Positions 13,331 through 26,500 of a stretch of DNA of 64,000 nucleotides are shown here, piece after piece; position 1 is the stretch's first letter; each line of letters begins with the position of its first letter. The DNA comes from Octopus sinensis (taxonomy: Eukaryota). A program made the translations under genes and the position numbers. The DNA is taken from the NCBI RefSeq assembly GCF_006345805.1, contig NC_043002.1, positions 89,156,001 through 89,220,000 on the forward strand, in the 5' to 3' direction. The notes under the pieces are model-generated. The model was not told the origin of the DNA. It ran no database searches and was given only the letters and a program-made list of their open reading frames with translations.

Positions 13331-14191
13331 CAAGGTCTGATTAATAAGTATCCAGACTGTTGCCATAGTAACAAAGCTAAAGCACGCAGAGTGAAGCTGT
13401 GCATGTGCACTAAGTTTTAACATTCTAGCACACTTCTACTGTTTACAGCAGTGCTTGGAAGGAAGGTATGTAGCATGTGATCGTTGCAGTGACCATGACA
13501 GAGAAAGTTGTCATGGCAATACCTGCTCAGAGGCCTACATAAAGTTGCAGAAAGTGTATGAAGAGGAGTGTTTGAGCCACACACAAGTGTACAAGTGGTC
13601 CAGAGGTTTCTAAGATGGTCGAAAAAATGTTGATATTAACGAATGTTTTGGGAGACCTGCAACCAGCAGAAATGAGAAAAACCTTGCAGATGTGCATGCA
13701 GCTGTGAGGAGAAATATTTGAATCATCATCTATGAGTTATCAGAGGATGTGCAGATTAGTTATGGTTCAGTTCAGTCCATTATCACTGAAGATTTGGGTA
13801 TGAGATGAGTGTCTGCCAAGTTTGTGGCAAAACTGCTTTCAGCTGACTAAAAAGACACTCAGGTTTCAGTTGCACACGATCTCCTTTATTGTGTTGAGAA
13901 TGATGACAACTTTTTGAAAACTTTGCATTGGCTTCTGAGCAGGTATCACCAAGCTTTTGGCAGAATTTGATGCAGATTCTCTGCTCAACTTTCTCTGTCA
14001 TGGTCAATGCGATGATCAAATGCAACACACGTTCCTTCCAAGCACTGCTGTAAACAGCATGAGCTAGGACATTAAAACTTAGTGCACATGCACAGCAGAG
14101 TTTAAGGTCAATCTGTGCCAAGCGGCTTCATTCTGCTTGCTTTAGTTTTATTACTGTAGCAACAGTCCAGATACTTATTGATCAGACCATA
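13331..14191. mobile_element. Non-autonomous mariner element with two inverted left ends (foldback)
   Basis: TA|CAAGGTCTGATTAATAAGTATCCAGACTG ... CAGTCCAGATACTTATTGATCAGACCATA|TA. + strand carries degraded transposase N-terminus (ELSEDVQISYGSVQSIITEDLGMR..VSAKFV); - strand carries MTEKVEQRICIKFCQKLGDTCSEA. Confidence 0.85.
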
Positions 14192-14348
14192 TATATAGAT
14201 AATGTCTTGTAATATCATAATTATTGTTGTTTCACCTTAATTTTAGAAGACACTGGTCATTATTTTTATTCTTTTCTTTAAACATTCGCAGTTATGATAC
14301 ATAGCTTAAAAGAATAGATTTGCTTTATCCTAATGGTACAAAGGGTTT

Positions 14349-14800
14349 GATTCTTCAGATAGAAAAGTGGTTAACAATTCTTTGAGAAGAGCAGGCTGGG
14401 CTAACAGTTTTTTAGGTGGAGCAAGCTGGAATGACTATTCTTCAAGTGGAATAAATGGGGATGAAAATTCTTTATGTAGGGCAGGTTGGGGAGACAGTTC
14501 TTCAAGTGGGCAGGCTAGGGTGAAAATTCTTCAGCTTAGAGCAAAGATTCTTCAAATAGAGTACTCTGAGGGTGATTATTCTTTAGGTGGAGCTAGCTGA
14601 GATGTCTACTCTTCAGACAGAACAGCCTGGAGTGATGAGTCTTTCAGGTAGAGCAAACTGGGGTTAATGATTCTTCAGATAGAGTAGGCTGGGATGAGGA
14701 TTCTTCAGGTAGAGCAGGTTTAAGTAACAATTCTTTGAATAGAATAGACTTTGATAAGAATTCTTTAGGTGGAAATTCTTGAGTAACAATTCCTCAAATG
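14349..14800. repeat. Degenerate 30-bp tandem array (~15 units); 4 more units at 12806-12912
   Basis: Consensus TTCTTCAGGTRGAGCAGGCTGGGRTRAYRA. Confidence 0.8.
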
Positions 14801-16159
14801 ATTCAAGTTATGAATAGGATATAAGATGCAAGTTCTGAATATGTGTAAGATTTGCTAATTATTAATTCTAATCCTTGAAACTTCTGTTAATATCAATATA
14901 GGAGTTTCTATTGAAAGAAAAGTTTACTGTTTTACTTTTTTAAAATTGTCATTTGCTTTGGATGCATGCATGTTTTACTGAAGCAACACCATGGAAAAAT
15001 TTGGAGAATGTATGAAACTAGTATAACTTATAATATACAAGTGAATTAAGATGTTGCCTTTTAAAAAAAGGCTGTCACTAAATACAGTCTTATTCATAAT
15101 TAAATTTAACATTTATAGATTAATTATACCAATGGTATTGATTTATTACATAGTCACAGGGCCTTGGAACTTTTATGAAGGAAAAAACAATTAGATGTTG
15201 CAGCATCATGGGTTCTTTTTTTCTTTTTTAAAAAAATGGGAAAAGTCTTTTAAAAGAATTATAGTCAAGATATACCAGAGACAATTGATTTGGATTGAAG
15301 TATAATGACATTATTTAGTTAAATTAAGGGTCTGCTCTGAGCATTCATGCTTGTACAGTTGGAATTTATCTGGATCTTTAAGGCATTTAGGTTGAGTGAA
15401 TAAGACTGCACACTCCTGAATGGGATGCCAGTACCACAGGGTTAACCCCCAAATGTCTCAGGTACTCATTTTCAACTTAATGTACTGTAATAATATAAAA
15501 TGAAGTGTCATCCTCAAGGGCATAAAGTGCCATCCAGTTTGAGAATTGAACCCAAGACTTAATGATCTAGAGTCCAAAATTATAACTATTAGGTCACATA
15601 ATTTCACTAGTGAGTAGATGCAGGGAAATTAATCCAGATAAAAAAAGAAAAATGTGAGAGTAAATAATATATTTAAAGATTTCTACAGAGAACCAATTCA
15701 TAACTTTGATACTTTTTCTGAGATAACCATTACCTATTAAAATATCTCCTGTGATTAAAAATAATTTAACTCAATACAGGCAGCTCTTTACATTACTTAA
15801 GTAGTTAGAAAGGTTAGGTTATATATCTAAAAGCAATGATTTCAATCCTTAATATATTTTAGGAAAAAATAGGTATTATACTCACTCAGTTTGAGTAAAC
15901 ATCACTCTGATGTACCAATTCTAAAACAACATTGTAGATACCTGAATTACAGAATTATTTAATCTTTGAGGAATTAATTCTCACAAAAATATGTTTAAAG
16001 AGATTTCTGACATAGAGAAATACTTAATAATTACTATAGTGTTAGTATCTTATTATTTATTCATTCTGTGGATTATTTTGGTTTGACTTGAGTATAAAAC
16101 AGAAATAGACTTCAAATAAAAGTTTGATGGAACTTACGAAGTCTTGTGTTTAAAAATAG

Positions 16160-16243
16160 GTAACAGACCTTCAGACAATATCAAACAAATCCATCCAAAT
16201 GGTGTTCAAGTCCACTACCAAGCTACAGAAAACAAAATTAGAG
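16160..16243 (+). CDS. Internal coding exon (phase 1-1), GNRPSDNIKQIHPNGVQVHYQATENKIR
   Basis: AG acceptor 16158-16159, AG|GTAAGT donor, 84 nt open frame that splices in frame onto the terminal exon. Confidence 0.72.
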
Positions 16244-19023
16244 GTAAGTTATAGTTGTTGTTGTCAATGTTGTTATTGTCATCATCATCGTTTTTAACAT
16301 TCACGAATTACCATAATAACATGGACTGTCCAGATATTCAGTACATTGTCCCTTTGTCATATTAAATTCTACATCTTGTCTTCTGTGCAGTCTAATGTAC
16401 TCACTCTGCTTTCTCCATGCTTCTACTCACTCCTCTTTTATGCTTGGTCTGACTGCTCCTCTATGCTTGTGTTTATTATCTTTCCTTCTCTGATTAGTAT
16501 TACACACCCAACAGGTCGTACTCAATTTTTCCTTCCAAAGCCAATCTTGGTTTCTTTCATTTAACACACATCATCATCATCATTTTACATTCTCTTTCAA
16601 GGATGGCATGGGCTGGGGTTGTTTGTGGTCTGAGTCAGTTCTATTTAGAGTTACTGCCCACATAGATGGGTCAAAAGACCACATCACACTCATATATTTT
16701 GTTTTTTTGGCTTCGTTTCTATCACTGAATAGTCTATACCAACTACTTTACAGTACACTGTGTGCCTTTTTTTTTCCATGGTACCACCACTAGTGAGTCA
16801 TGTCCTTGACAAGACTAAAGATCCTCTCAGTCTTATGTTGTCTCCATTTATTTGTCAACCACTTTACAGAACATATTGGGTACATCAGGGCACCAGCACT
16901 GATGAGGTTGTCATGTTCTCAATGAGACAAGACTAAACCATTGTCTCAACCCTACGTTGTCTCCACTTATTCACCAACCACTTTACAGAAGTACATTTTA
17001 TCAAGGCACCAGCACTAGTAAGGTTGTCATGTTCCTTGTAAGATTAAAAGAGTTCTCTCAACTCAATGTTTCATTAACAAAAATGCTTTTTACAGTCTGC
17101 ATTTTTCATATGAAGGGGAAACTATTGGTGTTTATCATTTACTCCAAATGCAATCCTGTTCAAGCAGATGTGTGATCTGTCCAGCCTTTGGAGTATTTAG
17201 GACTGTTTTATCTAAGTCCTGGAACAGTATTTAAGGGAGATTTGATTGCTATTTCTAGCTCCTTCAAATCGTTGTTGTTCAGTTCTAAAATGAATATTAG
17301 TAAGCAGAAAGCAGACTTATGATTAGAGGCAGTCCAGCCATGATTAGCCTGACTTTTTTATCAGACACAGTCTACTTTGGACAACATTGCCAAATATGTC
17401 CATTCTAAAGACAGTAGTTGTTGTCTTTAGCCCTAGGTTAGCCATAATTAAGCAGAATTAGTATCAATGGCATTCAAGTTACAACTATCCCATCTTTTTA
17501 GGGATGTCTAAAGTGACATTATTTAATGTCCTTCCTGTTTTTAAGACACCAAGTTGTACTTTGAGAGATATTTGGCTGTTATTTCTAGCAAGTCATGTCA
17601 CCCTCTTTAGCCTATTTTTAAGACAATTGCCAAAATAAATCACCAGTTCAATGTTGATTGGTAGATTTTTTTAGAAGAATTTATAAAACATCTCCATAAA
17701 TATTGCAATCTATAATTTAAGCAGTGCTTCATGAGAGAGAGAACAAACTTAATAAAAAGGATTACCTCAAAACTTAAAATCATATAGAGAACAAGTCTCA
17801 ATAGAATTATTTAAAATTGTGACTTTAATTTTTACTACAACTACTCTTTCATAGCCCCTTTCATATAACAAGTGGTTTACTACGGTTTATTTTTCACTCC
17901 TTATTATAAGGGCCAATAACTTCAGTTGTGTTTTATGTTCTCTTTTTCTACACTGTTATAGGTTGGGTGGTTTTTCTGAGGTGGTATTTTATAGCCATGT
18001 ATCCCCTTCCTGTTGCCAATACTTTTAGTTGTTGTCTTTTTACATGCAGTGTACCTATTTGCAGTCTCAGTTATATGAAATCAAAACAGATATGTTACAC
18101 CAAGTATTTTTTTTAAATACTCAGACATCCATGCATTAAATGCCATTGTATATTTTTATTGTTATAATCTGGTATATTTTCTCATCCTCTCCTATGATGT
18201 TATAAATGAGACAACACTAAGCAACATCAATGGATAGCTGAAGGATTGTATTCAGTGAAAACTTTGATCAGTAACAGAGTGGATCATCAGTTATATATTC
18301 TACAATATGTATTGAGAGCTCTTTCTCTTGTTTGTTAGATTAAAAATGTATTTGTTAGAACTAAGAAAAATTGTATTAGACACTTTAGGAATGTAGGTTC
18401 CTCTATTACATTTGGTGACATCTATGGTGTTAGGAAGGGCATCCAGCTGTAGAAACTTTGCCAGATAAGACCAGAGCCTGGTGCAGCCTTCTGGCTTCCC
18501 AGATCCCCGTTCGAACCGTCCAACCCATGCTACCATGGAGAACGGACTTTAAACGATGATGATGATATAAAATAGCAAACTTCCTAGAATTACTTTAGAT
18601 TTTAGTACAGGTCTCTTTAAACCTTTCAATAAGTCAAACCAGCATCATGATTAAGTAAATCGCTTCTCAAATCATCCAAAAGCCATCATATGTTCCATAG
18701 TATATAATGCATCTTCTAATATATCATTGTTCTCTACTAACCACATTTTTACCCAACATGCTAGTTACTATAATGAAGCTCTAGCTACTGCTGGTTATAA
18801 AGAGAAATTAAGCATATTTCCCTAAATATAATGATGACAATTTCAATTATATACCGCCTGAAAGCAATAGAGTTAATAAAATTAATATGAGTTGTCCCCA
18901 TGATATGCCCAATATAACTGTGAATAGCCACAAAACCTACATAAATGACACAATCCATGTAAGGATGGAAAAAATTGTAAATAGGCAGGGAAAGAACTCA
19001 GCAATGAGTACTGTGTCATGTCT

Positions 19024-19058
<35 letters not shown>

Positions 19059-19592
19059 GATAATAGTACCAATAGTATTAATAATAACACTAATAATAGT
19101 GCTAGTAGTACTACCAATATTAATAATGATTATAATAACCATAAGAAGAACAACAACAATAATAAGATATTTAAATCAGGTAATATGATTAATTATCATA
19201 ACAACCAAACTACCGCATTTGATCTGAATAAACTTAGAAATAAGGATAAATGTTAAAATAATTTGTATAAGAATATTTTGTGGCTTAATCCCCCATGCAG
19301 CCTAAATGTTGCTTCAAATGTGGATTGAAATTTTTTTCTAACTTTGGATAAACACTTCTCTAAATGTAGCCCATATAAAATTTTCAGTAGACATGCAATT
19401 AAACTAGCATACTCTACCATGTCTATTACTAATATTGCTGAATATATAGCAAGATTTAACCTTAGTAAATTAAACCATACAACAATTGACAGTACATCTA
19501 ATATTGCAACTTCTAGCCTCCTAAATAGTAGCAATGTAATATCTATTGCAAATAATCAATATGCCAATGTTCTTGATTCCAATAACAGTACT

Positions 19593-19636
<44 letters not shown>

Positions 19637-22012
19637 AGCTGAACCATTAATAATCAAAATAACTTTGCTCTATATAACTGTCATGATAAGTTACTGTGTC
19701 CCATTAATAACCAATGCCTCAGGAAAAATATAGTATATACGTGCTCTTAAATTTTTGGTAAAGAACACATTTACATTGGTGTACCCTGTTCCTCATTCAA
19801 ACTTTGCTGAAATAATCACAAATCTACATTTAAGCATAAAGAAATGGCTAATAGTACATCTTTAGCTAAATTCATACATTCTCTCACTGATAATAATATT
19901 GAATTTAAAATTGCTTGGTCCATTGTATTTAATGCATAACCATATTGAGGTTTCAGTGGCTGGTATGGGGTTTGTGTATCTGAGGCATTCCATATTAATA
20001 AATTTGAATATTATTAATCAGCATAATATCTTGATTGTAAGATGCCAGCACCTTAGGTATAAATCTTTCCTACAATCTAACTACACCTAGCATTACACTT
20101 AATCATCGCATCCACACTAATTAACATTATAGATCAATGCTTTGAATAAATTCTATACTTTTATTCACACATTCTGCTATTTGTAGGAATTCTTCTTACC
20201 CATGATTGGCAGTACCTATATCTAAATAATTCATGTATGCTTGCTAATTCCCTACCTTGGTTAACCATAATTTAGTCTTACCTTAATCAATAATGTGTTA
20301 AATCCTATCCAGGCATTTTACTACCTAGATCAATACAATTGAATAATTCCCTAGCTTGTTAGCCATAATTTATTTCCACCTCAATGATAGATAACGTATT
20401 GAACCATATTCAAATATTCTGCCTGCTGTGAAAATACTTTTTCCCCATTGGTGCTGGCACCCTAAATTTGAATAGCTCCTATATGGTAACCATATCTAAC
20501 TTATTCTTGAATACTGAACATACACTAATAAAGTTTAACTTTAGCAATACAAACATATAATTCCCTACCTCTGCTAACTATAATTCGGCTTCGCTGTAGA
20601 AATAATGTATTGGACCTTTTTAGACATTCTACTATGTATAAAATACTTCTTAAATGTTGAGGTTCAATATTGCAGTTTATCATATTTAATGCCTGAACCA
20701 GTTTAAAAAATATTATTGAAGCTACTATCCTATAATTACCACATGATTTTGTAATTCTACACCTTCAAACCTCTATGTACTCTTGTTTACATCTATCTTA
20801 GACATTATTTCCTTTTTATCAATATACATAAATCATTAATTCTACTCCTATAACCATGTTTGGCAGATTCAAGTGATCTAAATCAAAATCTTCCTTCAAA
20901 ATTTCATGTTAACTCGTGTTCCAAACACCAACTTAATAACAACAAAGTTATTTAAAAAAATTTTTCATTACTTTTGAAAATCTGCTAAAACAAAAGCAGT
21001 ATATTTCAACAAGAGAGTTAAAGTCTTGTCAGTGAAGTTTTGTGAACAGAGGCAGCGTGTTGAGAGCATTCAGAAGGACTGTTCCTGTTTTGGGGTGATA
21101 GACTTAATCCATCATTCAGTTTAATGCCATCATCTGGCCCTTGAGTCCATTTGTTGTAAGCACTCATGCCAAGTTTTTGGTTTGAGAATAAATAACTTCT
21201 TCTCCGCCCTGCTCCCACCAGTTTCAGAGGCCCTGAAAATGTCACAAGCACTACTCTTACTCTTCTGTCTAAGTTATGGAATTCCAGTTAATAATCTATT
21301 GCAGGGGACGGGGATCTTTTTTAATCAATTACTCCAAAATATATTTATTTATGCTGACGTTACCCCCTTGATTTGAAAGGAAAAGAACCATAGATACCTT
21401 AAATTCAAAAATGTTATTGAATCTATTTATATGGAGAATACAATTATAAATATAAAAAGTATAAAACAAATGCAATAAAATAAATTAATGTCCTCATTAT
21501 AGAACAAAAGGATTTTTCTAGAAACCTTTTCACTCCAGGTTTTGGAGAAATGATGTTTCATTTTTGTTACAATTACATCAAAATTGGAACATTTTGATGC
21601 CAGAACAATTTTGGATACAGTCTTCAGGTTCCAATTGATTACTCTGCTTTGTTTTTATGTTCATTAGAGTGGAAAATCCTTGTTTGGAGAGGTAGGTTGT
21701 TGCAAAAGGTAACTTTTGACTGCCTTCTCATGCCAGAAGAAAAATTTCTGTCATAACAAGGAACATGTTTTTTTATAATTTTATGTACGTCTAATGGGTC
21801 CTCATTACCCACCAAGAATTTCGTTTTTACCCCACTTGTTCAGCAACCCCTGTTCTATTGTGATATGTTTGACTTCAGTGGTAATTTACATAATTCATTT
21901 GGTGATGAAGTTTTACATCAGTCATTTAGTAGAGCAATGGAAAAGTAAGTAAAATTATAGAACAACTAGAGACAGCATGAATATATTACAGAATATATTC
22001 TTTATTCTTCAG

Positions 22013-22557
22013 GTAATCAACAGCAGCAACCTAACCTAGGTAAGAACATGTCACCAGATGTTAGGCCTGATGCTCAAGATCATCCTAAAACAAGATTCCA
22101 TACTGAGAGCAAAATGCAAGCAGCAAACACAAATACAGACTATAAAGCAGAAACTGATGGAACTGTCCATTCCAATGCAGCATCTACTGATAATGATAAT
22201 AAAGACAAAGTGAACGGTAAAAGTGAGAATGATCCTGTTGTAGCCAGCAGCAAGGAATCTACAACTACAAGATCAACAACTTTACATCAGAATAACTCCG
22301 TTACACAGAAACCAATAAAAAGCGCAGCTAAATTCTTTGAACATTCCAACTACATTCTGAAGAAAAAGGTTGTCGTAGCAAGTCCTTCAGACAATGCACA
22401 AGGCCCTATTGTGGCCCTTGCTCTTGGACTCTCCTTCACAACTATGTTGTTAATCTTTGTTGGCTGCCGTTTACACCGTGTGAAACGCAGACTACGCAAA
22501 GGTAGAGCTCTACATTCAAATGAAGCAGATTACCTCATCAATGGTATGTACTTGTAA
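22013..22557 (+). CDS. Terminal coding exon of a type I membrane protein (polar S/T/N-rich stalk, TM helix, basic stop-transfer, DYLINGMYL tail); MANSC1/C11orf24-like
   Basis: tttattcttcAG acceptor 22011-22012, in frame with ORF 22048-22557. TM GPIVALALGLSFTTMLLIFVGC (~22402-22467), then RLHRVKRRLRKGR. C-terminus EADYLINGMYL resembles the DYLING tails of vertebrate MANSC1/C11orf24. Confidence 0.88.
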
Positions 22558-23516
22558 GATTTGGGCCTGAAGCAAGAAGTTTGAAACTGGCAACAATGAT
22601 GTCTTTTGCAGTTTATTATCCATCTTGAGTTGTATTATATAAGCTGTGAACTGTGCTACAAATTCCTTTGACATGTATGAATGGCATCCTGTAGATGTTT
22701 AACTAAAAGAATGAATGTTGATGTACATCCTTCTTCCCCTTCCCCTTGGAGATTTTGTCAAAGGATCTTCATGTTGAGAAGCAAGTTAAATTCTATATTT
22801 CTTTTGTCTCTCTCTTTTTTTCTCTCTGCATAAGACATATTGATTAGCAAACTGCATTTATGTAATTTTTTTCTAGTAGAAACTGTATTTTTTTAAATAT
22901 AATTTTGGGTATTTTTAATGATGCAAATCAAAATATAATTTTGACAAAAAAGATTATTTCTTGATTTAAAATTTTTTAAAATTTCATTTGAAAAGAAAAG
23001 AAAAATTATTATTATTCATTATAAAAAAAAATAGTTTTTATATTTTGATTTCTGTGAATGAGTATAGTTCATCAAAATAACTTTTTTTTCTAATTGTAAG
23101 TGTTTTTTTTTCTTCTTTTTATTGTATGTATCACTTAAAATATTTAAGATGAAATATTGTTAAAAAATTTTTTATTTCCTTTTTAAATTCTCAATAAATA
23201 TTGATTTAGAAAAGTTGGAGAGAAAAGCCTTTAATAAAAAGGTTCACAGGATGCTTTCATGACAGTTTAAGATCTTTCCAATGAATTAAGATGGCCTTTT
23301 GAAAATTTCTTCTTTCTAACAATCCTATTAAAGTATCGGATAAAATAATCTCTTCAAATCAATGTTGTATTTCACTATAACTGCAACAATTTCTTCAGAC
23401 AATAGTTATTTTATTTTAATTAAGTTTAAATGATTAGTCATCAATTTCCTAATTGATTATTAATAGTCATATTCTATCTGAACCAATATAATATAATATT
23501 ATATATATTATATTAT

Positions 23517-23564
<48 letters not shown>

Positions 23565-26500
23565 CACACACACAAAATCTTCTTACCAACTTTCTTCACA
23601 AATAGCCAATTTATAGGAAAATTATAGATCATTTATTTCTGCAGTATTTTAATTAGAAATGGTTGTGTTTTGGTATCAGTTTCAGCTGCTACCTTTATGC
23701 AAGAAAGCATATTGCCTAATTCTTCCTTTCATTGACTAAACTTCTATTTGTGGTAATTAACAACTTGTATATAATAAACACATTGATCCCTACAAGGGGG
23801 CATTCAATGTTAGAAGTAAATGTTTTCATACATAAAACAATTACAATATAGTTAATGTAATTTTTGATACTGTAATGCCATGTGAGTGAGTATGTTTAGT
23901 CCACTGTTCCTGAACTAATGTGAGTTACAGCTCATAAATAACAAGTAAATGCATTCGAAGAAAACCAGATAAATGCATTTCTTTTCTTCTCTATCAGCTG
24001 TGAAGTGGATTCATGGTGTTTTTTTATTTTTTGTTATCAACTTTGTTTTTAATTCTGTAAATAAAGCCCTCTTTCTTCCCACCGTTTTCATCTACTAAAA
24101 CCACCTAAGATTGTTTTGCTACTGTTAAGTGTGAGATTACAGTAATATTTTTGGATTAGTTAACTTTTGCGTTTTATTGTAGATAAAGCTTTATCTCTGT
24201 TTCTATCCTGCCTATGCAATGCTATTTACTCCATGGCTTCTCATTGTTAATAAGACCATCCACAAGTTGTTCTTATTTTTATTAATTTTTAATCAATAGC
24301 TATTTTCTTTATGCTTTTCAAAATTGTTCTTTTTCCATTTCTCCATTTGTATTGGCAAAATATTTCTTGGAATTTGGTAATTAATTTTTCTTGTAGAAGA
24401 AACCTAATTCTATATCTAAACTGAAGTAATTTCTGTCATTATGCAGTGTTATTTTTGTTATCTATAAGAAAAATCTAGTCAATATAAAAAAAATATATTA
24501 GTGACTAGCTTGTTGATAAACATTATAGGGATGGGATTTCTTAAAAGTTCTTATTACATGTTATCAGTGAACCAAATTATAGCTAAGCAGCTTATGTAAT
24601 GAAATCATACCACCTTAAAGATCATTATTTAAACTGAATAACTCTCTTTTTGTACATTTTATACTCACGGGGTTTCTTGTTTTCTCTGTATGGTAATATG
24701 GTAAATACTAGCCAAGTGAGAAATTTCTAATCTCTCTCTTAACTACATTCCAATAAGTCTTGCTAACTGAAACTATCAATTGTATGGGATCTTCTTATAT
24801 ACAAAATTGCTTTCGTTAGTTTGTAAAACAAAGATGTCGTTATCCATAGAAACTTTACTACATCATTCTCTTCAACCTCTTCTGTACTTGTAATAATTAC
24901 ATGATAGTAAATAAACTTACATGTAGGCATATGACACCATTCATGACTAAAAACTGATAGGAAATTTGGTTGCCTTTGCTTACTTATAGTGAGATTACAG
25001 ACGTGACTTGACCAAATGTTTTACCCACCAAGCTTTACTACTGCTCATCCTGAGAAAATGGTAAAGATTTTATATGTGTATGTATGAATGTATGTAAATA
25101 TATGTATTTAAAGGTGTCTAAGTGATTATCAAATTAAGTAGTGTTCTCTTATTAATAGATAGTGTTGAAACAACTTTTAGAGATGCTTAATGCAAACCAT
25201 TGCCAGAAAGTAATTGCAGTTTTGAAAATTGTTATTTGTTCTTTGCTTTTTAAGACATATTTGACAGTTTGACATTATAATTGCTGAGTGCTAATATTCA
25301 ATCCATGTTTATACCAAAAAATAATTTCATACAGAAATTCTTACTACATTCCAGAATGTTCAATTTATTTATATTCTTTACCTGTGTTTTTTTTTAACTG
25401 TACCTCCAAACGTTTATAACATATTGTACAGAGACCTGTTAGTTTATTCAGCTTTGATTGTTACTTTATTATGCTTTAGATCATCTTCAATTTCTCTCTT
25501 ATTGCTTGATTAAATTTAATGTCTGATAAGTCTTCACAAAAAGTTTTTACAGCATTGCACATATGGTGTCAGGTTTAGATTTTCTGTATTGCAAAGTGTA
25601 GAAAATAAAATGTCTTCTTCCGTTTGCACAGTGTAAAAGTAGTATATTTTGTCAAATTTAAGTTTTAAAATATAAAAAAAAAAAGAACTGCAGTAAATTT
25701 TAATTGGTTTAAATTAAACCAACATATAAATTATTAAATTACACCCAAGAAGGGAAATGATTAGGTTTGTAAAAAGTACTGCATAACTTCAACTACTCCC
25801 TCCTCATATTTTGATTTGAGTTTTCTAATCGTGTGAATTCCAAAATATATTGGAAACAAAATTTTGACAATGACACATGAGCTGTAGATATGTTATTGAG
25901 CTTAGATTTAATTTGTATTGTGAAGAGATCAATCTGCTAATTTAAGAATACACCTGACCCAAAAGGTTTCACTTTCACTCATTTTCACACAGACACACAC
26001 AAAATCTCAATCCACTTAGATTTTCTTTAGGATTTATATTTTGGTAATATTTCCAAATTTATTCATATTTAGGCTGTAAGGATTAAATGAAAGTAAAAAT
26101 ACAGAAAAATAATAATTATAAATAAATGCTTTAACATTTTATGAAATCTTTAATAACTGTGGTACCAGAAATGAGAGTAACTCTTTAAACAGAACATTGA
26201 TTGCTATTTGAATATAATTCAGATAAAAGGCTATCCTAGGTTACCCTTGTTTATCATGGCAATAGAAAATATTTGTTGGACTATCTGACACACATAAGTT
26301 GTGAGTTAACAGGATTAGATAATGAAACTTAATTTTCTGTTTCCTGTCACTGTATTATAACTTTAATACATTACTCACAGAAATGAATATATAATAGTAT
26401 GGCTTTATTAGCTGTATACTGCAACTACATTTTATACATTCCATGAACAACTTCTGTTAATTTGATGTTGCAAATAAGTGTCATTTCCTTGTATATTTTT

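Noticed and set aside
14349-14800. CRISPR-like periodicity
   Set aside because: Contiguous degenerate 30-bp units without unique spacers, eukaryotic context, no cas genes
21018-21376. Slightly GC-richer block with short ORFs on both strands
   Set aside because: No recognisable motif or compatible splice sites
22039-22045. Donor-like AG|GTAAGA just inside the terminal exon
   Set aside because: Reading through keeps the frame to the TM and tail; no downstream exon found
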